NCBI GenBank assembly: GCA_963728425.1
Contig: CAVSKC010000001.1
Coordinates: forward strand, 89,523-153,522
Source of the DNA: an uncultured Actinomycetota bacterium
GTDB lineage: Bacteria; Actinomycetota; Actinomycetes; JACCUZ01
Direction of reading: 5' to 3'
Length of the DNA: 64,000 nucleotides
Shown here: one piece after another, positions 21,325 to 29,726 of the stretch
Numbering within the stretch: the first letter of the stretch is position 1
Layout of the letters: each line of letters starts with the position of its first letter
The notes under the pieces: generated by a model
Databases searched by the model: none
Seen by the model: the letters and a program-made list of their open reading frames with translations, nothing else
Told to the model about the DNA's origin: nothing
Made by a program: the position numbers and the translations under genes

Positions 21325-22092
21325 TCAGGTCACGTCGCGCGGGACCGAGACGACCGTGGCCACGACGACCAGACCCACCGCGTACGCCGTGAAGAGCGCG
21401 CCGCCCTGCCAGGCCGGGAGCGCCCCGTCCGCGGTGTGGTGGCCCAGCCGGACCAGCGAGCTGACGGCTCCCCCCGGCAGGTAGGTCGGCAGGCTCGGCG
21501 CCCGCAGCACCACCGGCAGGATCCCCTCCACCACGAACTGCCAGACCAGCGCGGACACCAGCGCCGCGGTCTGGTTGCGCAGCAGCAGGCCGAGCGCCAC
21601 GCCGATCACGCCGTACCCGGCCGAGGTAGCGACCATGGCGAGGACACCGGCCGGGAGGTCGGCCAGGTGCTGCGCCGGCGCGTCGTGCGCCGCGAGCATC
21701 GGCACCGACACCGCTGCCATGAGAGCGGCCACCACCAGGGCGGCAACCGCCCCCAGCCCGGCGACGGCGGCGACCTTCGCGGCCACCACCCGGTGCCGCC
21801 GCGGCTCGGCCAGCAGGGTCGGCACCACGGTGTGGTGGCGGTGCTCCCCGGCGGCGGAGAGCACCCCGATGAGGAGGAGCACGAAGCCGAGCACCTTGGC
21901 GGGGGCGCGGACCGCATCGTCGAGGGTGTGCGCGGTCAGCGGACCGTTCTCCTGGTGGCCGGCGAGCAGGACGGTCGCCACCGCGATCAGGGCGGTGAAG
22001 GCGAGCACGATGAGCAGGCTGATGGTGGTCGAGCGGGTGGCGCGCAGCCGGCGCACCTCAGCGGTGAGAGTGGTGTGCACGAAGGTCGACAT
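21325..22092 (-). CDS. ABC-2 family transporter permease
   Basis: 255 aa, six predicted TM segments; immediately downstream of the ABC ATPase gene. Confidence 0.7.
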   Translation of the reverse strand: MSTFVHTTLTAEVRRLRATRSTTISLLIVLAFTALIAVATVLLAGHQENGPLTAHTLDDAVRAPAKVLGFVLLLIGVLSAAGEHRHHTVVPTLLAEPRRHRVVAAKVAAVAGLGAVAALVVAALMAAVSVPMLAAHDAPAQHLADLPAGVLAMVATSAGYGVIGVALGLLLRNQTAALVSALVWQFVVEGILPVVLRAPSLPTYLPGGAVSSLVRLGHHTADGALPAWQGGALFTAYAVGLVVVATVVSVPRDVT

Positions 22093-22111
22093 GACGGGAC
22101 GCCTTTCCGGC

Positions 22112-22816
22112 TCAGGAGGTCAGGTCGAGGAAGAGCTCCTCGAGGTCGGTCTGGTGATGGGAGGCGAGCAGGTCGCTCATGCCGCCGGCCGTGACCAGCC
22201 GGCCGCGCGCGATGATCACGACGTCGTCGACGCTCTGCGCGAGCTCGGCCAGGACGTGGCTGGAGACGAGCACCGTGCGGCCCTCATCGGCCAGCCGCCG
22301 GAGGAAGCCGCGCAGCCAGCGCATCCCCTCCGGGTCGAGCCCGTTGGCGGGTTCGTCGAGGACCAGGGTCTCCGGGTCGCCCAGCAGAGCGCCGGCGAGT
22401 GCGAGTCGTTGCCGCATCCCCATCGAGTAGCCCCCGACCCGGCGCCGGGCCACATCGGTGAGGCCGACCACGTCGAGAACCTCGTCGACCCGGCTGTCCG
22501 GGACGCCGCTGCTCGCGGCTGCGATCCGGAGCGCGGACCGGCCGCGGTGGCCGGGATGGAAGACGCCGGGGTCGAGCAGCGCGCCGACCGTGCGGGCGGG
22601 GTGCGGCAGGGCGGCGTACGGGACGCCGTCGAAGGTGGCGTTGCCACCGGTCGGCCGCACCAGACCCAGCAGCATCCGCATCGTGGTCGACTTCCCGGCA
22701 CCGTTCGGGCCGATGAACCCGGTCACGGCGCCGGCGCGCACGGCGAGGCTGAGGTGGTCGACCGCGGTCACGTCGCGGTACCGCTTGGTCAGGTCGTGCA
22801 GGGTGATCGTCGTCAT
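22112..22816 (-). CDS. ABC transporter ATP-binding protein
   Basis: Walker A GPNGAGKST, ABC signature YSMGMRQR, Walker B LVLDEP. Confidence 0.85.
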   Translation of the reverse strand: MTTITLHDLTKRYRDVTAVDHLSLAVRAGAVTGFIGPNGAGKSTTMRMLLGLVRPTGGNATFDGVPYAALPHPARTVGALLDPGVFHPGHRGRSALRIAAASSGVPDSRVDEVLDVVGLTDVARRRVGGYSMGMRQRLALAGALLGDPETLVLDEPANGLDPEGMRWLRGFLRRLADEGRTVLVSSHVLAELAQSVDDVVIIARGRLVTAGGMSDLLASHHQTDLEELFLDLTS

Positions 22817-22918
22817 GCTTTCGACGGTAGGAACGCCGCCGGCTCTTGACGTCGGCCGCGAGAGCCCATGCCCGCCTACCTCTCGCGGCCGACGACTACA
22901 TCGCAGGATGTACGCCGG

Positions 22919-23585
22919 TCAGCTCCCGCCCGGCACCACCAGCCCGCTCTCGTAGGCGATCGCCACCAGCTGGGCCCGGTCCCGCGCCGCCAGCTTGGTG
23001 AGGATCCGGCTGACGTGCGTCTTCGTCGTCGCCGGGCTGAGGAACAGCCGGCCGGAGATCTCGGCGTTGGAAAGACCCTGCGCGACCAGCACCAGCACCT
23101 CGACCTCGCGCGGCGTCGAGCTCGTCGAGACCACGCTGCGCGCCCGGGGCGCCCGGTCGGCGAACCAGCTCGGCCAGCAGCCGCTTGGTGACCGCCGGTG
23201 CGATCACCGCGTCGCCAGCCGCGCAGGACCGGATCGCCTCGTGCAGCGCTGTCGCCGTGACGTCCTTGAGCAGGTAGCCGGTGGCCCCGGCCCGGATCGC
23301 CGCGTAGACCTGCTCGTCCTCGTCGAAGGTCGTGAGCACCACGATCTTCACCGTCTCGGTTGCGGGGTCGGAGCAGATCTGCCGGGTCGCCTCGATGCCG
23401 TCCAGCTCGGGCATCCGCACGTCCATCAGCATCACGTCGGGGACGGTACGTCGGGCCAGCGCGACCGCTTGCACACCGGTCGAGGCCTCGCCGACGACCT
23501 CCAGGTCGGGCACCAGCCCTAGCTGCACCCGCAGCCCGTCGCGCACCAGGGCCTGGTCGTCGGCGACAGCGACCCGGATCGTCAT
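22919..23585 (-). CDS. NarL/LuxR-family response regulator (receiver + LuxR HTH) with an apparent frameshift between the domains (about 23140-23160)
   Basis: Receiver MTIRVAVADDQALVRDGL...DVMLMDVRMPELDGIEA in one frame; HTH LTPREVEVLVLVAQGLSNAEISGRLFLSPATTKTHVSRILTKL in the +1 frame. Confidence 0.7.
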
Positions 23586-24683
23586 GTCGTCCCCCGTCCG
23601 GTCGTCGGGCAGCTCGACCCGGACCCGCCAGCCTGCGCCGGAGTCCGGTCCGGCCGCCATCGTGCCGCCCGCCGCCGTGACCCGCTCGCGCATCCCGACC
23701 AGCCCGTGCCCCGGCGGGCCGTTCCGGCCACCCGTTGGCGAGCCTCGTCCCTCGTCGACGACCTCCACCGCGAGCAGGCTCGCGGTGCGGCGCACCGCGA
23801 CCTGCACCCGGCCGGGGCCGGCGTGCTTCGCGGAGTTGGTCAGAGCCTCCTGCAGGACCCGGTACGCCGTGCGGCTGGTGTCCGGGGGCAGCCCGCGCAG
23901 GTCGCCGTGCCGGGCTACCTCGACCGTCAGGCCGGCGGCCCGCGAGGTGCCGATGAGGTCGTCCAGCGCCTCCAGGCCGGGGGCTCCCGAGTCGCGCAGC
24001 ATCCCGAGCACCTCGCGAACCTCCCGCATGGACTCGCGGCTGGCCGACTCGATCGCGACCAGCGCGTCCCGGGCGGCGTCCGGCGCGCCGGCCTCGAGGG
24101 CCAGCCGCCCGGTGCTCGACTGCACCGCGATGCCACCGAGGCTGTGACCGAGGACGTCGTGCAGGTCCCGGGCGATGCGCAGCCGCTCCTCGGCTGCCAC
24201 TCGCTGGGCCTGCGCGTCGGCGCGGGCCCGTCGCTCGCGGACGAGCTGGGCCGTCACCCCGACCCCCACGGCCGCGACGGCGGGCAGGAACATGTCGTCG
24301 GCCGGGCCCGGCGGCGGCAGGTAGGCCAGCGCGCAGGCAGCGACGAGCAGGGCGGTGGCGGCCGCGGCGGCGCGGGCCTCCCGGCGTACGGCCACGGTGG
24401 CCAGGGCCACCAGCGCGCCGTAGGGCGGCACCGGGACGAGCAGCAGCGCGTAGGCGACGAAGGCTGCCGTGGTGACGCCGAGCACCGCCAGCGGGTGGGT
24501 CCGGCGCCAGAGCAGCGGCAGTCCCTGCGCCAGCGACAGCAGCAGGCCGAGGGTGCCGAGCGCGGCCGACGGGGTGGGCTCCTCGGGCCCGGTGCGCAGG
24601 CCGAGCAGCTCGACGAGGGTGACAACCCCCGCGACCAGCAGGTCGCGCCGCTGCCACGATCGGGTCAGGCGCGGCGTGATCAT
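23582..24683 (-). CDS. Sensor histidine kinase (HisKA_3 / LiaS-NarX type)
   Basis: N-terminal TM helices, H-box ARDLHDVLGHSL, HATPase_c G-boxes. As sequenced, the frame runs into the response-regulator ATG without a stop (see findings). Confidence 0.65.
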
Positions 24684-24960
24684 GGCAAGGGTGACGCTAG
24701 CGCCGCGAGCGGTGCGTGGTCAGGCGGTGGCGAGCACCTCGTCGATGTCCCTGAGCACCCGGGTGGCCAGCTCGGCCACCCGGCGCAGCCGGGCGGGCGG
24801 CGGCTGCTCGGCCGCGAACTCCGCTCCGACCGTGCGGGCGGTGCGCCGACGTACTTGCTGCTGACGCACGGGGCCTCCTCGGGCTACCGGTGCACGACCC
24901 CGTAACTGGTGGGGAGTTACCGCCGTCAGGCGATTCCCAAACCGACAAATGGGGACCGGT

Positions 24961-27327
24961 TCAGGAGGCCGTGTCCTCGTCCAGCGGGGAGACGCCCGTG
25001 ATCCGGTGGATGGCGAACGACCGGGTTGCGCCGCGGAGGTGGTCGTAGGCGTTGACGTAGCCGCCCTCGACGGCAACCGGTTCCACCACCCGCTGCGTGG
25101 ACCGCCCCTCCGCGTCGACGTAGCCGATCCACAGCGCCTCGCCGGAGCCGGCCGCCTGGGTGAGCATGGCCAGCACGTCCGCGGTGGGCCGCGAGGTGCG
25201 CAGGGCACCGACCAGCCGGGACCGGTCGCCGCCCCGGATCGCCCGCACCGCCGCGTCCAGCAGCGTGTCCCCGGGCAGCGGCTGGGTCCGCACCGCCCGG
25301 GCGGGTGGGCGGCGAGGGGTGGTTCGCCGGGACTCCGGCCGCCGGACGACGATGTCGCCGTCGGGCCCCTCGGCCGCTGGTGCGAACCCCATCGCGCGCA
25401 AGCGATCCAGGGTCACGTCCGGTGGCGCCGCGGACGCGAGCACCGACGGAGCCAGTCGGCGCAGCCGAAGGGTGGCGGCCCGCTTGTCGGTGAGCAGCAC
25501 CTCGAGGGTGGACTCGTCGTCGCAGCGCACGAAGGCCGCGGCCGAGCCCACCCGGACCCGGCCGTGCCGTCGCGCGACGTCCTCGACCAGGTAGGCCAGC
25601 GGTTGCGGCACCGGCGTCCGGGAGTGCCGGCCGAGCAGCCCGGTCACGTCACCCGCGGTCCACCCGGCGTCGAAGGCCCGGCGCACGGTCGCCTCGGTGA
25701 AGCGGTAGACGGTGGCGCCGCCGGTGGACTCCACGTCGGCCACCAGCCGCAGCGAGCGGGCCAGCGCGGGGTCCAGCGGCCCGGGCGCCACCGCCGTGAG
25801 ATCGGCCTGCAGCAGCACGTGGTCCAGCGGCTCCGGCAGCACCCGCTGGAGGGCGGCCGCCGCGCCGTCGCCGTCGCCCGCGGCGAGCAGCCGGCCGTGG
25901 CCCGCGAGCGCGCCGCCGGTCGCCAGCCCCAGGGTCTGTGCCTCGGTCATGGTCCAGGTCACCAGGTCGTCCTGCAGCCGGCCGCCACGGCGCGGTGCCT
26001 GCCAGCGGAGCCGGGCCGACAGCGACGCGGTGGTCGACGCGACCCCCTGGGGCAGCGCGGCCAGGTCGGCGAGGACGGCGGCCCGGACCAGGGGTGCGAC
26101 CGTGCGGTCCAGGTCGGGGCCGAGGGTGGTGAAGGTGCGGTCCCGCTGGTCCCGGGTCCCGACCAGGCCGGGCACCCGCGTCGACGTCAGCCAGGCGCGG
26201 GCCAGCACCAGCCAGCGGGTCGCGACCGGCTCGTCCAGCCATCCGTCGTACGCCGGTGTGGGCAGCCAGACCTCGGCCGAGTCGCTGCTGTCGTCGCCGG
26301 GGGCCAGCAGTCCGGCGGCGTGCGCGGTCTCGACCAACAGCGCCAGCCGGGGCTCGTCGGCGTCCAGCGCCTGGGCCGCGCGGGCCCGTTCCCGCACGCC
26401 GATGCCGCCGGCCCGCAGCACCCGGGGCGGCTCGGCGGCCCACAGCTCCAGCAGCTCCTCGACCAGCCGGACGGCGTCCGCCGCCGCCCCGGCCGCCGCC
26501 CGGTCGACGTGGTTCGGGTCGGCCGGCGACGTGTCGAGCTCCGGCAGGGTCGGCTCGACCGACCGGTGCACCCGGCCGCCCCGCAGGTGCAGCGCCACCT
26601 CACGCGGCAGTACCACCGTGGCCGTGTCGGTGGCCACCAGCAACGCGTGGGCGAGCAGCCACTCGACCGGGCTGGCCGCGCTGGCCCCGTCGACGTCGCG
26701 CCGGGCTCGCTCGAGATGACCGGTCGGCGGTCCCCACACCATGGTGGCCAGCGCCTCGGCCGCGCCCGCAGGTGCGGCGGCCAGCAGGTCGGTCAGCTTG
26801 GCCGCGTCGCCGAGGACGGCGGCGATCTCGTGCGCGGTGGTGACCGGGTCACCGGTGGCGGTCGCGCCCACGTCAGCGGCGATCCGGGCCAGCCGGGCCG
26901 GGCCGTAGGTGTGCAGGGCCTGCTCGAGGGCCGGGCCCAGCCCGTCCGGCGGACCGACCACCTCGACGACGGTGCGCGGCACGACGATGCCGCCTTCGTC
27001 GTCCCGGTAGACCAGTGCCTGCAGGTGCAAGAGGTCCAGCACCGCGGCCGGGTCGGCGCCGAGCAACCGGCGTACGTCCTCGGCCGTGCTCCGGTCCGGC
27101 AGCGCGCAGAGGACCTCGACGACCTGCAGGGCGAACCGGTCCAGCTGGTCCAGCGCGCGCGAGACCGACGGCCGGGTGGTCGCCCGGGCGGCCAGCGAGG
27201 CGAGGTCGGAGGGCACCGGCGAGAGCAGGTCCGGCCGGGCGCGCAGCAGCGCGACGAGCGCGGCGTCGTCGCGCGCCCGCAGGTCGTCGGCCAGGCTGCG
27301 CGGCCGGGAGGTGGACATCCGCTCCAC
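24961..27327 (-). CDS. Large conserved protein (788 aa) with a C-terminal WYL-like domain; probable partner of XPB as in the mycobacterial XPB/Rv0862c pair
   Basis: C-terminal ...EALWIGYVDAEGRSTQRVVEPVAVEGGYVNAYDHLRGATRSFAIHRITGV fits the WYL pattern. Size and context recall the protein encoded next to xpb in mycobacteria. No enzymatic motif seen. Confidence 0.55.
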   Translation of the reverse strand: MERMSTSRPRSLADDLRARDDAALVALLRARPDLLSPVPSDLASLAARATTRPSVSRALDQLDRFALQVVEVLCALPDRSTAEDVRRLLGADPAAVLDLLHLQALVYRDDEGGIVVPRTVVEVVGPPDGLGPALEQALHTYGPARLARIAADVGATATGDPVTTAHEIAAVLGDAAKLTDLLAAAPAGAAEALATMVWGPPTGHLERARRDVDGASAASPVEWLLAHALLVATDTATVVLPREVALHLRGGRVHRSVEPTLPELDTSPADPNHVDRAAAGAAADAVRLVEELLELWAAEPPRVLRAGGIGVRERARAAQALDADEPRLALLVETAHAAGLLAPGDDSSDSAEVWLPTPAYDGWLDEPVATRWLVLARAWLTSTRVPGLVGTRDQRDRTFTTLGPDLDRTVAPLVRAAVLADLAALPQGVASTTASLSARLRWQAPRRGGRLQDDLVTWTMTEAQTLGLATGGALAGHGRLLAAGDGDGAAAALQRVLPEPLDHVLLQADLTAVAPGPLDPALARSLRLVADVESTGGATVYRFTEATVRRAFDAGWTAGDVTGLLGRHSRTPVPQPLAYLVEDVARRHGRVRVGSAAAFVRCDDESTLEVLLTDKRAATLRLRRLAPSVLASAAPPDVTLDRLRAMGFAPAAEGPDGDIVVRRPESRRTTPRRPPARAVRTQPLPGDTLLDAAVRAIRGGDRSRLVGALRTSRPTADVLAMLTQAAGSGEALWIGYVDAEGRSTQRVVEPVAVEGGYVNAYDHLRGATRSFAIHRITGVSPLDEDTAS

Positions 27328-27376
27328 GGTACGCGGTGCGGGGCGCAGGTCGCGGTCGGTCTAATCTCGCTCATCG

Positions 27377-28468
27377 GTGCACATGAACGGGACGTCAACG
27401 GCCCAGGGAGGCAGCACAGTGAGCAGCGACCGGCCGATCTTCGTCGTCGGCTGCCCGAGGTCGGGCACCACCATGCTGTCGCTGATGATCCACGCGCACC
27501 CGCGGCTGGCCATGCCGCCGGAGTCGCGGTTCCTGCTCAAGGTGTGGCGGGCCCGGGAGAAGTTCGGTGACCTCTCGACGCCGGAGCAGCGGCTGGCGCT
27601 GGGCAAGGCCTGCGTGCGCACCGGGTCCAAGGTGCGCGACCTCGGCCTGGACCCGCAGGAGACGCTGGACGCGATCCTCGCGGCGCCGCCGACGCTCGGC
27701 TCGGCCTTCGGCACCGTGTTCAAGATGTTCGCCGACAAGCACGGAGCCGCCCGCTGGGGGGACAAGCGACCGGCGTACTACGCCGAGGTCGACGTCCTGC
27801 TCCGGCTGTTCCCGGACGCGCAGATCGTGCACATCGTGCGGGACGGCCGGGCCAACGTGGCGTCGCTGAAGAAGATGCCGTGGTGGCCCTACGACTCGAT
27901 CGGATCGATGGCCGCCTGGTCGCAGGCGGAGTACTGCTCGCAGCGCAACACCGGTCGGCTGCCCGACGACACCTTCCACGTCATCCGGTACGAGTCGCTG
28001 GTGGGCGACCCGGAGCCGGTACTGCGCGAGCTGTGCCGGTTCCTGGACGAGGACTTCGACAAAGCGATGCTCGAGCCCAGCGAGGTGCGCGACGTGGTGC
28101 CCGAGAAGAAGATCTGGCACACCAACCTCAACAACTCGGTCAGCACCGACCGGGTCGAGTCCTGGCGCAAGGGCCTGGAGCCGTGGGAGCTCGGCCTGAT
28201 GGAGACCGTGCTGCGCCGCAAGCTCAAGCGGTGGGACTACGCGATCTCCGGCGCCGGCGAGCGCCCGTCGCCGAAGCTGGTGGCGAAGTACGCGAAGGAC
28301 GCGTTCGAGCGGCGCTCGGCGATGCGCAAGCGATGGGCCGAGGAGAGCAGGGACGCGGCGACCTCGACCTTGCCGGTCGCCGCCCAGCTGACCTCCCGTC
28401 AGCTGGAGCTTGCTGCGCATCAGCCCGCTTCCCCTAGCCGTCGGAACCGTGATCATTCGGCAGACTGA
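27377..28468 (+). CDS. Sulfotransferase family protein (Stf0-like, PAPS-dependent)
   Basis: 5'-PSB P-loop GCPRSGTT and 3'-PB region (RDGRANVASL). A likely better start is the GTG at about 27419, preceded by GGGAGG. Confidence 0.75.
   Translation: MHMNGTSTAQGGSTVSSDRPIFVVGCPRSGTTMLSLMIHAHPRLAMPPESRFLLKVWRAREKFGDLSTPEQRLALGKACVRTGSKVRDLGLDPQETLDAILAAPPTLGSAFGTVFKMFADKHGAARWGDKRPAYYAEVDVLLRLFPDAQIVHIVRDGRANVASLKKMPWWPYDSIGSMAAWSQAEYCSQRNTGRLPDDTFHVIRYESLVGDPEPVLRELCRFLDEDFDKAMLEPSEVRDVVPEKKIWHTNLNNSVSTDRVESWRKGLEPWELGLMETVLRRKLKRWDYAISGAGERPSPKLVAKYAKDAFERRSAMRKRWAEESRDAATSTLPVAAQLTSRQLELAAHQPASPSRRNRDHSAD
28443..28460. repeat. Copy 1 of the 18-bp motif GGAACCGTGATCATTCGG
   Basis: Matches the reverse complement of 31661-31674 at 14/18 positions and is the direct equivalent of 31735-31752. 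Confidence 0.5.
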
Positions 28469-28494
28469 GTCATTCCTGAGCGAAGCGAGGCTGG

Positions 28495-29118
28495 GTGGAC
28501 GACGCGGTCAGCGGTGACCGGCTGGTCAGCGAGTACCTGAGCCAGCTGCACGCAGCCGCCTGGGTGCTCCCCGCCGACCGGCGGACCGCGCTGGTCGACG
28601 GTGCCCGGCGTCGCCTCTACGCCGAGATCGGCGACGACGCGGACCCGGCTCGGACCCGCTCGGCGATCGACTCGCTCGGCCCGCCGGAGGAGGCGGTGCG
28701 CCGGGAGGCGGAGACGCTCGGCCCATCGGCGCCGGTGGCACCCAGGCCGCTCTCGGTCTGGGGCAGCCGCGAGGTCGCGGCGGTCCTGCTGCTGGCCGTC
28801 GGAGGGCTCGCCCTGCCGATCGTCGGACCTGTCGTCGGGCTGGTGCTGGCGTGGCTGTCGGACCGCTGGACCACCGCGCAGCGGCTGGTGGCCACCGTGC
28901 TGGCGGTGGTGCCCCTCGTGCTGCTGGCCATCGCGTCGGCGGCCCTGGGCGGCGGCCGCTGGATCATCACGCTGCGTGACTCTCCTGGTGCCGCTGGCCG
29001 GGCTGGTGCCGGCCGCCTACCTGGCCGCCTTGCTCCGCCGGCAGGCGGCCTTAATGACGGCGCATGGGAGCGACCAGGTCGGGTAGGTGTCTGGTCCTGT
29101 CCCGAGGAGGAACCATGA
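28495..29118 (+). CDS. membrane protein with a DUF1700/HAAS-like N-terminal helical domain
   Basis: N-terminus VSEYLSQLHAAAWVLPADRRTALVDGARRRLYAEIGD resembles the signalling domain usually paired with PadR-type regulators, followed by TM helices. Confidence 0.45.
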   Translation: MDDAVSGDRLVSEYLSQLHAAAWVLPADRRTALVDGARRRLYAEIGDDADPARTRSAIDSLGPPEEAVRREAETLGPSAPVAPRPLSVWGSREVAAVLLLAVGGLALPIVGPVVGLVLAWLSDRWTTAQRLVATVLAVVPLVLLAIASAALGGGRWIITLRDSPGAAGRAGAGRLPGRLAPPAGGLNDGAWERPGRVGVWSCPEEEP

Positions 29119-29705
29119 CGACCGCCGTCATCCTGATCGTTCTCGTCCTGCTGGTCGCGGCCGCGCTGGCCGTGTTCTACGTCAACCGGCGCAAGCAGGA
29201 GCGAGCGGCGCTGCGCAAGCGATTCGGCCCGGAGTACGACCGGGCGGTCGAGGAGCGCGGTGACCGCCGCGAGGCAGAGCACCACCTCTCCGACGTCGCG
29301 TCGAGCCGGGACAAGGCCGAGATCCGCGAGCTGCGGCCGGAGGAGCGGGAGCGCTACTCGACCCGGTGGACCGACGTGCAGGCCGCCTTCGTGGACGACC
29401 CGGTCACGGCTACCCGGGACGCCGACGACCTGGTCGGCAAGGTGATGCGGGACCGCGGCTACCCGCTGGACGACGTGGAGAACCGGGCCGACCTGGTGGC
29501 CACCGACCACGCCGAGCTGGCCGGGCACTACCGGGCCGCGCACGAGGTCGGCCGGCGCGCCGACGACGCCTCGACCGAGGAGCTGCGCCAGGCGTTCATG
29601 CACTACCGGGCCCTGTTCGTCGAGCTGCTCGCCGAGCCGTCCGGCCGGCACGAGGTGGTCGACCTGACCGAGCGCGAGCGCACCCAGCAGACCCCGCCGG
29701 CCTGA
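29115..29705 (+). CDS. membrane-anchored hypothetical protein (196 aa)
   Basis: GAGGAGG 5 nt upstream of the ATG; one N-terminal TM helix then a charged helical region. Confidence 0.5.
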   Translation: MTTAVILIVLVLLVAAALAVFYVNRRKQERAALRKRFGPEYDRAVEERGDRREAEHHLSDVASSRDKAEIRELRPEERERYSTRWTDVQAAFVDDPVTATRDADDLVGKVMRDRGYPLDDVENRADLVATDHAELAGHYRAAHEVGRRADDASTEELRQAFMHYRALFVELLAEPSGRHEVVDLTERERTQQTPPA

Positions 29706-29726
29706 CCCGCACCTACCCTGGGACGG

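Noticed and set aside
23560-23620. Genuine histidine kinase-response regulator hybrid protein.
   Set aside because: A single base in a C5 run restores the canonical ATGA-overlapped two-gene arrangement. The regulator has its own start codon context.
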